A stretch of 64,000 nt of DNA from Flavobacteriales bacterium. Lineage in GTDB: Bacteria; Bacteroidota; Bacteroidia; CAIKAF01. Under the pieces are notes generated by a model. The model was not told the DNA's origin, made no database searches, and was given only the letters and a program-made list of their open reading frames with translations. Below are positions 1 to 9,701 of the stretch, one piece after another. Location of the stretch: the NCBI GenBank assembly GCA_025055575.1, contig JANWWP010000066.1, positions 4,332 to 68,331 of the forward strand, given 5' to 3'. How positions within the stretch are numbered: the first letter of the stretch is position 1; the number at the start of each line of letters is the position of its first letter. A program made the translations under genes and the position numbers.

Positions 1-57
1 TTCGGCGCCCCGGAGGCCATCCTCTCTGATCCTGAATTGAATGAGTTACTGGGATGA
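1..57 (+). CDS. 3-prime end of an upstream gene (frame 1, ...FGAPEAILSDPELNELLG*), product unknown. Its stop TGA overlaps the next ATG (ATGA), which suggests translational coupling with the HlyD-family gene.
   Basis: Open frame from nt 1 to TGA at 55-57. The ATG of the next ORF sits at 54-56, forming an ATGA overlap. Confidence 0.3.
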   Translation, partial: FGAPEAILSDPELNELLG

Positions 58-1448
58 GTAGATTTTCCAGGAAACGCAAGACACTGCTGCGGCGGCTGAG
101 CCGCGAGGTGCACATTCCGGCCCAACTGGTGGGGCTGGAGAAAGTGTACCAGCCGCGCATGGCCCGGCGCGTGAGCTTGTGGCTTAGAATCCTGATGCTG
201 GTGGGGCTGGGGCTCATGTTTTTGCCCTGGACGCAGAACTTCCAGACCGAAGGCCAGCTCACCACCCTCACACCGGGCGACAGGCCCCAGGAAGTGCCCA
301 GCACCATCGCCGGCAGGGTGGTGAAATGGCACGTGCGCGAAGGCCAGTTTGTGGAAGAAGGCGACACCTTGCTGCAACTGACCGAGGTGAAGACCGAATA
401 TTTTGATACCCAACTCATTCGCCGCACCCAGCTGCAGGTGGAAGCCAAAGAGTCAGCGGTGGATGCCTACATCAATAAAATAAAAGCTTACGACGCGCAA
501 ATCATGGCCCTGGAAAGCAACCTGCCTTTGAAACTGAACCAAGCGCGCAACAAACTGAAGCAAACCGCCCTGAAAGTGCGCACGGACAGCATCGCCGTGG
601 TGGCCGCCGATACCAACCTCACCGTGGCCCGGCGCCAGCTGGAACGCGCGCAGATCCTCTTCAGGGATGGCATCAAACCCCGGCAGGAATTGGAGGATAA
701 ACTCAATAAATTCCAGGAAGCCGAAGCCAAATTAATCAAGTGCAAAAACGACCTTCTCATCAGCCAGAACGAATACATCAACGCTCAGATAGAACTCAAT
801 GCCATTCTGAATGAGTTTAATGAAAAAATTTCCAAAGCCGAAAGCGAACGCGAAGCGGCCAAATCCCAGTTATATGCCACAGAAGCGGAGATTGCCAAAC
901 TGCAGTCCCAGCTGTCCAGTTATATCATACGTTCCGGTTTTTATGTCATCACGGCCCCGCAGTCCGGCTACGTGGTGAGAACATTAAAAGCCGGGATAGG
1001 CGAAATCGTGAAAGAGGGGGAAGCGGTGGCCACCATCGTACCGGCCTCCCAACAGCAAGCCACAGAATTGTATGTGCGCCCCATGGACCTTCCCTTGGTG
1101 CGGCTTGGACATAAAGTGCGGCTCTGGTTCGACGGATGGCCGGCCCTTGTCTTTAGCGGATGGCCTAATGCCAGCTACGGCACCTACGGCGGTATCGTGG
1201 CCGCCATAGATTACAATATCAGTCCCAACGGCAAGTACCGCGTTCTCGTAAAACCCGATCCGTCCGACCATCCCTGGCCCTCGCTGTTGCGCATGGGCAC
1301 CGGCGCCAAAGGAATATTTTTGCTCAACAACGTGCCGCTCTGGTATGAGTTGTGGCGCCAGTTCAATGGGTTTCCACCGGATTTTTATACGGGGGAAGGT
1401 TTGAATGCAAAACCCGCAATCAGTGCCGGAGGTGATGCAAAAAAATAG
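54..1448 (+). CDS. HlyD-family secretion / membrane-fusion (periplasmic adaptor) protein
   Basis: N-terminal TM segment (WLRILMLVGLGLMFL), a biotin-lipoyl-like beta hairpin (GRVVKWHVREGQFVEEGDTLLQL), a long coiled-coil region, and a C-terminal beta domain. It is followed directly by a TolC-like gene. The true start may be the internal Met at about nt 159. Confidence 0.72.
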   Translation: MSRFSRKRKTLLRRLSREVHIPAQLVGLEKVYQPRMARRVSLWLRILMLVGLGLMFLPWTQNFQTEGQLTTLTPGDRPQEVPSTIAGRVVKWHVREGQFVEEGDTLLQLTEVKTEYFDTQLIRRTQLQVEAKESAVDAYINKIKAYDAQIMALESNLPLKLNQARNKLKQTALKVRTDSIAVVAADTNLTVARRQLERAQILFRDGIKPRQELEDKLNKFQEAEAKLIKCKNDLLISQNEYINAQIELNAILNEFNEKISKAESEREAAKSQLYATEAEIAKLQSQLSSYIIRSGFYVITAPQSGYVVRTLKAGIGEIVKEGEAVATIVPASQQQATELYVRPMDLPLVRLGHKVRLWFDGWPALVFSGWPNASYGTYGGIVAAIDYNISPNGKYRVLVKPDPSDHPWPSLLRMGTGAKGIFLLNNVPLWYELWRQFNGFPPDFYTGEGLNAKPAISAGGDAKK

Positions 1449-2871
1449 ATGGCTGGCAGGCCTTTGGGCTTTATTCTTCCTCGTTCAGACAGGCGCCTCC
1501 CAAAAGGTGCTGTCCGAAAAAGACTTCCTGGACTGGGTGTGGCGCTTCCACCCTGTGAGTTACCAGGCAAGCCTGACGGCGTCTATTGCAGAACGCGAAG
1601 TTGGGGCCGCCCGCGGGCTATTTGATCCGGTGCTTTCCGGCAGCTGGGATAATAAAAGGTATGACGCTAAAGAATATTGGCGTGTCTTTCACTCCGAAGT
1701 GAAAGCTCCAATCCTATTCGGACCGGATGTGAAAGTGGGATATGAAAGAGCCGAAGGCATCTTTCTCAACGACGAAAACACGCTTCCCGCAGCCGGGCTG
1801 GTATATATGGGCTTGAGCGTACCTCTTGGCAAAGATCTTATCACGGACGAGCGCCGCACCGCCCTGCGCAGGGCTCAAAACTTCAAAAATATGGGGCTTG
1901 CAGAGCAGGAAACTCTGCTCAATGATTTATTTTTTGATGCTGTAAAAGCCTACTGGGAATGGGCCCTCGCTTATGCCAACCGCGAACTTTTTTCCCAGTT
2001 TGTCACGCTGGCCGACATCCGTTTTCAAGCCGTAAAACGCGGCTATCTGGAAGGCCTGTATGCTGCCATTGATACTGTGGAGGCTCTGATCTTGTTACAA
2101 ACTCGGCAAAATTCCCTGCAGGAGGCCCTACAGGAGTATGTGAATGCCACATTAAAACTTTCAAATTTTTTGTGGGACGAGTCCGGCCGCCCCGTTCTGC
2201 TTCCGGATACATTGATTCCTGTGCGCCTGGGTCCTGAACTTCAGGTGCCGGTGATTAATCAGGCCCAAGCCTTGCGTTTTTTAGAAGCCTTGCAGGAGCA
2301 TCCGGAGTTGCGGATCAAAAGGTTTAAAGTACGTGAGCTTCAACTGGATCAACGATTAAAATTCAACTATCTGCTCCCAGATCTCCGCTTTCAATACAAC
2401 TTTCTGGCAGAACCCATAGGCACAAATCCGATGAATTGGAATTTCAGCCCCTTCCGAAATAATTTTAAATACGGCGCGTCTATAAAATTCCCACTTCTGA
2501 TTCGAACGGCCCGAGCCCGCTACGACGCCGCGCGTTTCAAAACCCGTCAGGGTCTGTATGATGTGGATTTAAAAGAGTTGGAGCTTCGACTCAAGCTGCG
2601 TCAGACCTTTAATAATCTGGAACAAACCGCCCTTCAGGCGGTCATCCAACAAAACATGGTAGAAAATTACCGCCGCCTGAACCAGGCCGAACAAGCCAAA
2701 TTTGAAATTGGTGAAAGTTCGGTCTTTTTGCTTAACCAACGAGAAATAAAATTGATCGAATCCCTTCAAAAAGTGAATGAATTGAAAGCAAAAGGCCGAA
2801 AATTCTTCGCAGAAACCTATTATCGCGTGGGGTCTCCTTGGAAAGGATACACGCCCTACAACGCTCCTTAA
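1405..2871 (+). CDS. TolC-family outer-membrane efflux protein
   Basis: Signal-peptide-like N-terminus, about 480 aa, alpha-helical coiled-coil-rich sequence with the two-repeat architecture typical of outer-membrane factors. It overlaps the HlyD-like gene by about 40 nt (operon). The start may be the ATG near 1435. Confidence 0.62.
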   Translation: MQNPQSVPEVMQKNRWLAGLWALFFLVQTGASQKVLSEKDFLDWVWRFHPVSYQASLTASIAEREVGAARGLFDPVLSGSWDNKRYDAKEYWRVFHSEVKAPILFGPDVKVGYERAEGIFLNDENTLPAAGLVYMGLSVPLGKDLITDERRTALRRAQNFKNMGLAEQETLLNDLFFDAVKAYWEWALAYANRELFSQFVTLADIRFQAVKRGYLEGLYAAIDTVEALILLQTRQNSLQEALQEYVNATLKLSNFLWDESGRPVLLPDTLIPVRLGPELQVPVINQAQALRFLEALQEHPELRIKRFKVRELQLDQRLKFNYLLPDLRFQYNFLAEPIGTNPMNWNFSPFRNNFKYGASIKFPLLIRTARARYDAARFKTRQGLYDVDLKELELRLKLRQTFNNLEQTALQAVIQQNMVENYRRLNQAEQAKFEIGESSVFLLNQREIKLIESLQKVNELKAKGRKFFAETYYRVGSPWKGYTPYNAP

Positions 2872-2916
2872 TTCCAAAAATTCCAATCCTATGAAATTTC
2901 GACTGAGCTTGTCAAA

Positions 2917-3879
2917 ATGGCTGTTTTAAGAAATAAAATCCTAATTCTTTGTTATGGTATTGCCTTGGCAGGAGGCTGGCGTTGCTCGCCCCAAATCATA
3001 CGCCGCGCTCATGTTGCTCATTCAAACAATCCATGTCATTTGACGGCCTACACCATGCCTTCAGAAGGTTTTTTGTGGAACGAAGAAATCCCCTCAAAAA
3101 CCGACGAGAAACTAAATGCACATTTGAGCCTACAAGCCTTAAAGGTGGCCGAGCTCATCGGTATTACTCCTATTTTAGCCCGGCTGTTGGCTTCCGAAAA
3201 TCCAAATCTTTCCTCTCAGGAAACGGTACAACTGACTCAAATAGTTACTCAACGTCTTTTGTGGGCCTCGATGGAAGTGTCTGCCATGGCAGGAGAAATT
3301 GATTGTGAAGAAGAAAAAGCTGATCAGGTGGCAGTGTATTTAGACAATATCATTCAAAACCGACAAAAAAAATTAACAGCTGGGGCTATTATTATAGGCG
3401 CTGTTGGCGCCATAGCCAGCGGCAGCTTACTGGCCCTAGAAAATGGCGGAGATGCTCCAGAATTAATTGGAATTTTTACTGGACTATTTGAGACCACGTT
3501 AGGAGGGTTAATTCTTCTTGATAAACCAAAAATTTTTTTCAGCCATCCACGCAATGCCTTACGCGATATATGGAATGCTCCCACTGCGCCCGAAGCCATC
3601 TCGCCTCTTGTTTGGAGGTTTTTAAACTCCACCTTTTCTCCAGAGGATGGAAAAACCTTACGAATGATCCTTGTAGAACGCTGGTCTGGCTATGGTCAAT
3701 TGGAAAAGACGGCTTCCAAAAAAGGCTCTGGCACCGATTTTCTGTATTTTGGCGACGGTGGTTTTTACACAGCCGACGCACTTCAGAACCGGGCTAATAT
3801 GCTGGACCAGTTAGAGTCCTACATTAACCTGATGAAACAAAGTCTTGCCGAGCTGGCTTCTGCCCTGAATAGAAAATAA
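2917..3879 (+). CDS. Hypothetical protein (320 aa) with one central hydrophobic/Gly-rich helix (GAIIIGAVGAIASGSLLAL). No recognisable family.
   Basis: Long ORF downstream of the HlyD-TolC pair on the same strand. No motif I can assign. Confidence 0.4.
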   Translation: MAVLRNKILILCYGIALAGGWRCSPQIIRRAHVAHSNNPCHLTAYTMPSEGFLWNEEIPSKTDEKLNAHLSLQALKVAELIGITPILARLLASENPNLSSQETVQLTQIVTQRLLWASMEVSAMAGEIDCEEEKADQVAVYLDNIIQNRQKKLTAGAIIIGAVGAIASGSLLALENGGDAPELIGIFTGLFETTLGGLILLDKPKIFFSHPRNALRDIWNAPTAPEAISPLVWRFLNSTFSPEDGKTLRMILVERWSGYGQLEKTASKKGSGTDFLYFGDGGFYTADALQNRANMLDQLESYINLMKQSLAELASALNRK

Positions 3880-3971
3880 AACCACATGGAGTGTGGACCA
3901 ACTTGAATCATACTTAAGGATTTGAAATTAGTGCCCTCCAGGCCTAACTCTGCTCTACCTTTGAAACCAGA

Positions 3972-5615
3972 ATGAATAACAAAATTTTTAGTAAACTTTT
4001 TAATGGGATAGTGGTAGGCATCCTGATTCTCTATGCGGTAGAAGTCAGGGCCCAATGGTTAAGCAAAAGCGCTGAAAAACGACTTCAGAGGCATGTGGCC
4101 TTTCTGGCTTCCGATAAACTCGAAGGCCGGGAACCAGGAACCGACGGCATCGAGAAAGCCGCCCGCTACATTGCCTCAGAATTCAAAAAAGCTGGACTGA
4201 AGCCGGCTGGCGATTCCCTCTGGTTTCAGTATTTTGAATTGCCAGTTAATCCCTCGGATTATAAGGTGAACGTCCATCTGAACGGTAAAGTCTGGGCAGA
4301 TTTTAAGGGGTTTGCCCTTCCCTATTCTGCCTCGGGAGAATTTACTGGTGCCGTGTATTATATGGCTCAGCCCGACACCGTGGCGCGGGTCAGTCTTGGA
4401 GGTATGGCTCTGGCCGTGGAATTGAAGCCCTTGGCCACCCACCAGGCCCACCATAGGCATCCGGATTACCTGGATATGGTGCGTTGGGCCGAAAGAAAAG
4501 GGGCCAAGGCCTTGATTTTTGTGGATAACCATGGCATCCAGCCGGGCTTCAGCGAATTCAAAACCACCGATAAGTTTTTCCGGACCTCGCTTTTGTGTCT
4601 CTTTGCCGGGCCTGGGCTTTCGAAGGCGCTGTCCGATGGTGGGGGACAACTGCACCTCACAGTCCGTCGGCCGAATCCAGTGCGCTCGGCCAATGTAATC
4701 GGATTCTGGGACAATAAAGCGCCCACCACGGTAGTGATTGGGGCCCATTACGACCATTTGGGCCGCAACCACCCCGGATCGCGCAGCGAAGTGCCGGGGC
4801 AAATTCACAATGGCGCAGACGACAACGCCTCCGGAACAGCCGGCCTTTTCGCGCTTGCCCGGGTGCTCCGCCGACCTGAATTTAAAGGCAATAATTATTT
4901 GTTTATTGCTTTCACGGCGGAGGAAAGCGGCCTGCTCGGCAGCGCCTGGTTTGTGCGGTCGCCTTTGTTTTCGAAATACACTTTCAACTACATGCTCAAC
5001 ATGGATATGATAGGCCGGCTTCATCAGCAGTTGGCCATCAGCGGTGTGGGCACATCGCCGGTGTGGGGCAACAATATCAACACTCTGCGCACGGAAGGTT
5101 TTACTGTGAAAACCAGCGCTTCCGGGGTAGGACCTTCAGACCATACTTCTTTTTACTACAAAAACATCCCGGTGTTGCATTTTTTCACTGGCTTGCATGA
5201 AGATTACCATAAACCTTCAGATGATGCGGACAAAATCAACTATGCCGGAATGCGCCAGGTGCTGAACCTTATGCTGGATCTCGTGGCCACTCTGAATAAT
5301 CAGGGGCGCTTGCCCTTCGAAAAAACCCGCGATCAGGAAGATACGCCAACGCCACGCTTCAAAGTAACCTTAGGTATTATGCCGGATTATTTGTACGACG
5401 GTAAAGGCATACGGGTAGAAGGGGTGGTTCCCGGTAAGCCAGCCGATAAGGCTGGACTTCGCGGAGGGGATATTATTCTTGCCATTGGTGCACATGAAAC
5501 TCCAGACATGACAACTTACATGAAGGCTTTGGCATCGTTTGAAAAAGGCGATACCACACCGGTGAGAGTGCTACGCAACGGCGCAGAACAAGTGATGGAA
5601 GTGGAATTTAAATGA
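3972..5615 (+). CDS. M28-family zinc aminopeptidase with a C-terminal PDZ domain, secreted
   Basis: Signal peptide. M28 metal-ligand motifs HYDHLGR, GADDNASGTAGL and FTAEESGLLGS. C-terminal PDZ-like segment GIRVEGVVPGKPADKAGLRGGDIILAIG. Confidence 0.78.
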   Translation: MNNKIFSKLFNGIVVGILILYAVEVRAQWLSKSAEKRLQRHVAFLASDKLEGREPGTDGIEKAARYIASEFKKAGLKPAGDSLWFQYFELPVNPSDYKVNVHLNGKVWADFKGFALPYSASGEFTGAVYYMAQPDTVARVSLGGMALAVELKPLATHQAHHRHPDYLDMVRWAERKGAKALIFVDNHGIQPGFSEFKTTDKFFRTSLLCLFAGPGLSKALSDGGGQLHLTVRRPNPVRSANVIGFWDNKAPTTVVIGAHYDHLGRNHPGSRSEVPGQIHNGADDNASGTAGLFALARVLRRPEFKGNNYLFIAFTAEESGLLGSAWFVRSPLFSKYTFNYMLNMDMIGRLHQQLAISGVGTSPVWGNNINTLRTEGFTVKTSASGVGPSDHTSFYYKNIPVLHFFTGLHEDYHKPSDDADKINYAGMRQVLNLMLDLVATLNNQGRLPFEKTRDQEDTPTPRFKVTLGIMPDYLYDGKGIRVEGVVPGKPADKAGLRGGDIILAIGAHETPDMTTYMKALASFEKGDTTPVRVLRNGAEQVMEVEFK

Positions 5616-6319
5616 CCTTTCCTACACCTCTTTCAGGACCCCGTGCCATTTTGTTCGATATGGACGGGGTCATCGTGGATTCTGAACCCCTCTGGCGCAA
5701 GGCCGAGATCGAGGTTTTCAGTCGTTTTGGTATTTTCCTCACGGATGAAGCGTGCCGGAGCACCCAAGGTCTGCGCTTGGACGAAGTGGTGCGCCTGAGG
5801 ATGCCCCTGCATCCCCCTGCAGAACAGCGGCAGGCGAGGCGGTCTATCATGCGCAGGGTGGCTGAGCTGGTGGAGCGCGAGCCTGTTGACCCGGGTCTGA
5901 TCGAATTTATGAACTTAACAGAAAGTTTAAAAATCCAAAGGGCTTTGTGCACATCCTCTCCGCCCCGGCTCATTCATGCCGTTCTGAAACACACGGGCTG
6001 TGCGTTCCATAAGGTGGTAAGCGCCTGGACCATGAAACGACCCAAACCCCATCCAGCCTGTTATATCCTGTGTTTGCAGAAACTGGGATTAAAAGCTGAA
6101 GAATGTTGGTGTATCGAGGATTCGTTCCGCGGGATGGTCAGCGCCCTAGCAGCCGGCCTACCCGTATGGATCAAGGCGGAAAACACATTAGACCACCAAC
6201 CCTGGCATGGGGCAGCTGTGGGCGTTTTTTTCGATTGGAAAGAGCTTGCACATCGCCTGTTGGCGGCGTTTAATCCAAATACAAGGTCTGCGAACAATCG
6301 GCACACATTCCCCGCATAA
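5612..6319 (+). CDS. HAD-superfamily hydrolase (subfamily IA, phosphatase / beta-phosphoglucomutase-like)
   Basis: Motif I ILFDMDGVIVDSEPLW near the N-terminus. ATGA start/stop overlap with the upstream M28 gene. Confidence 0.7.
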   Translation: MTFPTPLSGPRAILFDMDGVIVDSEPLWRKAEIEVFSRFGIFLTDEACRSTQGLRLDEVVRLRMPLHPPAEQRQARRSIMRRVAELVEREPVDPGLIEFMNLTESLKIQRALCTSSPPRLIHAVLKHTGCAFHKVVSAWTMKRPKPHPACYILCLQKLGLKAEECWCIEDSFRGMVSALAAGLPVWIKAENTLDHQPWHGAAVGVFFDWKELAHRLLAAFNPNTRSANNRHTFPA

Positions 6320-6728
6320 ACAAGTTGGCGTGCCGGACATTAAAGCCTGCAGGAAGTTGCGGACGCGGCATAGGCACTTCTTCCAAGCACAAAGTCCGGG
6401 CACATTTTTCACATTGAAAATGCACATGGTTATCCTTCGACTTCGAATGTTCCTCATAAGGTGCATGGTCATGCCGGCATACGGCAAATCGGACGGTCCC
6501 CTCAGCATCCACCACTCTGTGCACCAGTCCGCTCTCTTCAAAACCCGTGAGGGTTCGATAAAAGGTCACGCGGTCCACATGTTCGGACAAGGCGCTTAAA
6601 ATCTGATGTTGGGTGAGCGCGCCTGCGGCACGGCAAAGGACTTCCAAAATTTTCTGGCGGATGACCGTGGCACGAAGGCCGTGAGAGGCCAATATTTTTT
6701 TCGCCTCCGGCGGCATTTTATTTACCAT
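6270..6728 (-). CDS. Fur-family metalloregulator (Fur/Zur/PerR type)
   Basis: N-terminal winged-helix region (HGLRATVIRQKILEVL). C-terminal His/Cys-rich metal sites (HDHAPYEEH..., HVHFQCEKC...CxxC). Confidence 0.75.
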   Translation of the reverse strand: MVNKMPPEAKKILASHGLRATVIRQKILEVLCRAAGALTQHQILSALSEHVDRVTFYRTLTGFEESGLVHRVVDAEGTVRFAVCRHDHAPYEEHSKSKDNHVHFQCEKCARTLCLEEVPMPRPQLPAGFNVRHANLFMRGMCADCSQTLYLD

Positions 6729-7389
6729 CCAATGAGTGGCTCAAGGCAAAAATAATACAACCAGAAATTACCATCAGCCAGAAAGTAAGGGTTGTTTGAC
6801 CCGACCGACGACGGGCCTGAAGCGCCGCCCGGATGTGGAGGAGGCCGCTCAAAGCCAGTCCCAAGGCCACAAAGTTTTCAAGCCAATACAAACCGCTCTG
6901 GGGGATGTGCACACACAATCCCCCAAGCAGAACTGCCACAACTGTGAGGAAGGCGAGATGAAAAGCTTTGGCAGAAGTGCATCCAAGGCGCCTGAAAAGA
7001 CTTACCAAGGCGGCTTTGTGCAACCACTCATGCAAGCCGAAAATCAGGGATGCTGTGGGAAAGCCTCCACGCGACATATCCAAGGTCAACGCCATCACCG
7101 TTCCTAATAATGTATGCAACCCGTTCAGACTAAACAGAGCCCACACCTGGCCAGATTTTTCCCACCTCCAGCCTCTTTGAAACTCAACAGGCACAAAAAG
7201 CGCTAAGGCCAAAGCCGGCACCACGGACCAGGCGGAGGAAAGCGCCCACTCCGAAAGATGCCCAAATCCAAGCCCCACAAAGCCCCCGGCCAAAAAAGCA
7301 CTGACCAGCCCATCCAAGCGACGGGTCCTAAGGGACATTAATACACCCGCCAAGGAAAACACTGTGATTAAAAGCACGCCAACCCCCAT
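6718..7389 (-). CDS. Polytopic membrane protein, possibly a ZIP-family metal cation transporter. Co-transcribed with the Fur-family gene, with an 11-nt overlap.
   Basis: About 7 predicted TM helices, His/Glu-containing helices (GFGHLSEWAL, GLHEWLHKAAL), and its position directly upstream of the Fur-family gene. The family assignment is weak. Confidence 0.35.
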   Translation of the reverse strand: MGVGVLLITVFSLAGVLMSLRTRRLDGLVSAFLAGGFVGLGFGHLSEWALSSAWSVVPALALALFVPVEFQRGWRWEKSGQVWALFSLNGLHTLLGTVMALTLDMSRGGFPTASLIFGLHEWLHKAALVSLFRRLGCTSAKAFHLAFLTVVAVLLGGLCVHIPQSGLYWLENFVALGLALSGLLHIRAALQARRRSGQTTLTFWLMVISGCIIFALSHSLDGK

Positions 7390-7409
7390 ACAGGGGCAAA
7401 AATAAAATC

Positions 7410-7426
7410 TTGCAACAATGTTGCAA
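7410..7426. promoter_or_regulatory. Perfect inverted repeat TTGCAAC-aat-GTTGCAA. Candidate operator for the downstream Fur-family operon. Alternatively an intrinsic-terminator hairpin for the upstream M50 protease gene.
   Basis: Read directly from the sequence. A 7-bp arm and 3-nt spacer lie in the 41-nt gap between the stop of the M50 gene (7431) and the start of the membrane-protein/Fur operon (7389). A T-rich run follows on the minus strand. Confidence 0.35.
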
Positions 7427-7430
7427 AATT

Positions 7431-8522
7431 TTATGAAGCCGATGGCTTCAGCAAAAGAGCTTCTAAAATATTTTCCGTGTTGATAACACCCACCAGCTTT
7501 TGATTGTCCATCACCGGGGCAATAGACAATCCTTCGCTTTGCAGAATGCGAAAGGCTTCGTTGAGATCGGATTCCGGACTGAAAAAGACCGGCTTAGGGC
7601 AGTCACAGGCCGCGAGGGGGGTGCCCCGATCATGCTGCGCTAAGGCCTTTACCAAAAGATCGCGTGTGATGATGCTTTGAGGCATACCGCCGTCATCCAC
7701 CACCACAAATTCTTTTTCCTGGCCTTTTAAAATGATATCCACCACATCTTGTAAAGTGTGCTGCGGATTCAAGAGTGTAAACCGCGTCATCATAGCATCG
7801 GCCACACGACGGTTGACCAAAATGTGGCTCTGCTGTACCATTTGGAATTCCTGGGCCGCTCCGAAAAAGATGAAAAGACCTATAAAAATGAGAAATGGAT
7901 TGGTCTTGAAACCCCAAAAAATAAATAAGATAGCCATGGCCTGTCCCACCCACATGGCAAGGCGCGTGGCCTGCACACGGGGAATCAGGCTTGCCAGCAC
8001 CGCCCGCAGCACCCGGCCGCCATCCATCGGGAACGCAGGAAGCAAATTAAACAGGGCCAGAAAAACATTGACAAATGCTAAGTTGAGCAGAAAATTATGG
8101 CTATTGACAGCAAGCGCTATCTCCTCCAAATAATATACCTCGGGCGACAACGCCAGCCCCAGAAGCACCAAACCTGCGATCAGGACATTTACGGCAGGTC
8201 CTGCCAAAGCCACCACAAGCTCTTGAACGGGCTTTTCCGGCATGCGCTCCAGCATGGCTACGCCTCCGATTGGATAGAGTGTGATACTCTTAGTGCGGAT
8301 ACCGTAACGCAAAGCAGCCAAAGCGTGTCCCAGCTCATGAAGCGTCACGCAAAAAAATAATGCTAAAATGAAAAGTACAGCCCACATCACTTGGCTAGGA
8401 TCCTGGCTTAGTTTATAATTCACATAGGCCACATAACCGATAATTAATAAGAAGCTCCAGTGCACCCGAATTGGAATGCCCTTTACACTCATGATTTCTA
8501 AGCTAGAAGATGAGAGTTTCAT
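7431..8522 (-). CDS. M50 site-2-protease-family zinc metalloprotease with a C-terminal CBS-domain pair
   Basis: HELGHALAA (HExxH) in a TM helix, multiple TM segments, and a C-terminal tandem CBS region. Confidence 0.75.
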   Translation of the reverse strand: MKLSSSSLEIMSVKGIPIRVHWSFLLIIGYVAYVNYKLSQDPSQVMWAVLFILALFFCVTLHELGHALAALRYGIRTKSITLYPIGGVAMLERMPEKPVQELVVALAGPAVNVLIAGLVLLGLALSPEVYYLEEIALAVNSHNFLLNLAFVNVFLALFNLLPAFPMDGGRVLRAVLASLIPRVQATRLAMWVGQAMAILFIFWGFKTNPFLIFIGLFIFFGAAQEFQMVQQSHILVNRRVADAMMTRFTLLNPQHTLQDVVDIILKGQEKEFVVVDDGGMPQSIITRDLLVKALAQHDRGTPLAACDCPKPVFFSPESDLNEAFRILQSEGLSIAPVMDNQKLVGVINTENILEALLLKPSAS

Positions 8523-8555
8523 ACATTTTAAATCTTCAAAGGTATTATTAATTTG

Positions 8556-9587
8556 CTATACCGCCAGACGCAGCGTCAGTTCCGTCATGAGCACTTCCTC
8601 ATCGGCGCGGGCACCGACGCCTTTGGCTTTTAGGTCGTATTCCAATAAAAGGGCCAAAATCCGGCTGACATCTTCAAAACTGTGATGGTTAAGGGCTTCC
8701 ATATAATCCTGACGGGCGTAAAAATTCAGATTCATGGTTTGTGCCGCCTGTTCCGGCGTGAGTTTTTCGCGTCGGATATAATACATGAAGAGCAGGAGAT
8801 TGGAATAAAAACCAAATATCTGGTTCACATTGCGCAAGAGCGGATTATCACGGGTATTACGGGCCATATTGAGGCCAATACGAAGAATTTGCGTTTTGTT
8901 TTTTCGGGCTAAAGCTTTGTACAATTCAAAAATGTTATACTGGCGGCTAAAACTGACCTTCTCAATCACTTCCTCCCGGTTCACTTCAGCGCCAGGTCCT
9001 ACGGCGATGGCCAGTTTTCGGATTTCGTTGTCCAAACGCACCAGATCAGCCCCCACCAATTCCATCAGCGCCTGGATGGCCTCCGGGGTCAGCCTCACGC
9101 CGGCGTCAGACGCCAAGGAAGCAATGACCGACGGCAAATTTTGCTCACGGGGCTTTTCGCTCTGAAAAAACCGGATCCGTGGGGCATTCATGACATTTTT
9201 CCACACGCTTCTCCGCTTATCGGGCTTACCCTTGTAAGTCATTACAAATACAGTGGAAGGCGTAGGATTTTGAAAAAACGACGTCATGAATTCCATAAAA
9301 TCGCTGCTCTCTCTCTCTTTTTCTGCATCCTGGGCTTCTTTGAGCAGAACGAGCCGCCGAGGTCCCTGCAGGGGAAAACTCCGGCAGTCTGCCAGGAGAC
9401 TTTGCTTCACCAGGCCTTTGCCATAATGCTTTGAAAAATCAAAGGCCTTGGCTTCTTCAGGCAGCACTTGCTCTTCAAACGCATCGCAGAGTTTATCAAT
9501 ATACCAGGGTTCTTCCCCGGTCAGGATATACACCGGCTCCAGCTTTCCGGAGCGGATTTCAGCCATTATTTCCTCAAAGCGGGCCAT
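8556..9587 (-). CDS. holA: DNA polymerase III delta subunit
   Basis: N-terminus MARFEEIMAEIRSGKLEPVYILTGEEPWYIDKL is typical of HolA. About 340 aa. Confidence 0.75.
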   Translation of the reverse strand: MARFEEIMAEIRSGKLEPVYILTGEEPWYIDKLCDAFEEQVLPEEAKAFDFSKHYGKGLVKQSLLADCRSFPLQGPRRLVLLKEAQDAEKERESSDFMEFMTSFFQNPTPSTVFVMTYKGKPDKRRSVWKNVMNAPRIRFFQSEKPREQNLPSVIASLASDAGVRLTPEAIQALMELVGADLVRLDNEIRKLAIAVGPGAEVNREEVIEKVSFSRQYNIFELYKALARKNKTQILRIGLNMARNTRDNPLLRNVNQIFGFYSNLLLFMYYIRREKLTPEQAAQTMNLNFYARQDYMEALNHHSFEDVSRILALLLEYDLKAKGVGARADEEVLMTELTLRLAV

Positions 9588-9701
9588 CGGGTTGCAATTT
9601 TAGAATGTTCCAGACGGACTGTACATAAATTGTGGAAAAGTATTCAACAAATTCAATAACATCCTGCTAAACAAAAAATTTCCTGGTCCCGGCATGTATT
9701 T

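Noticed and set aside
4176-5024. 282-aa ORF on the minus strand
   Set aside because: It lies entirely antisense within the well-supported M28 peptidase gene and has Arg/Gly-rich low-complexity composition typical of GC-rich antisense frames.
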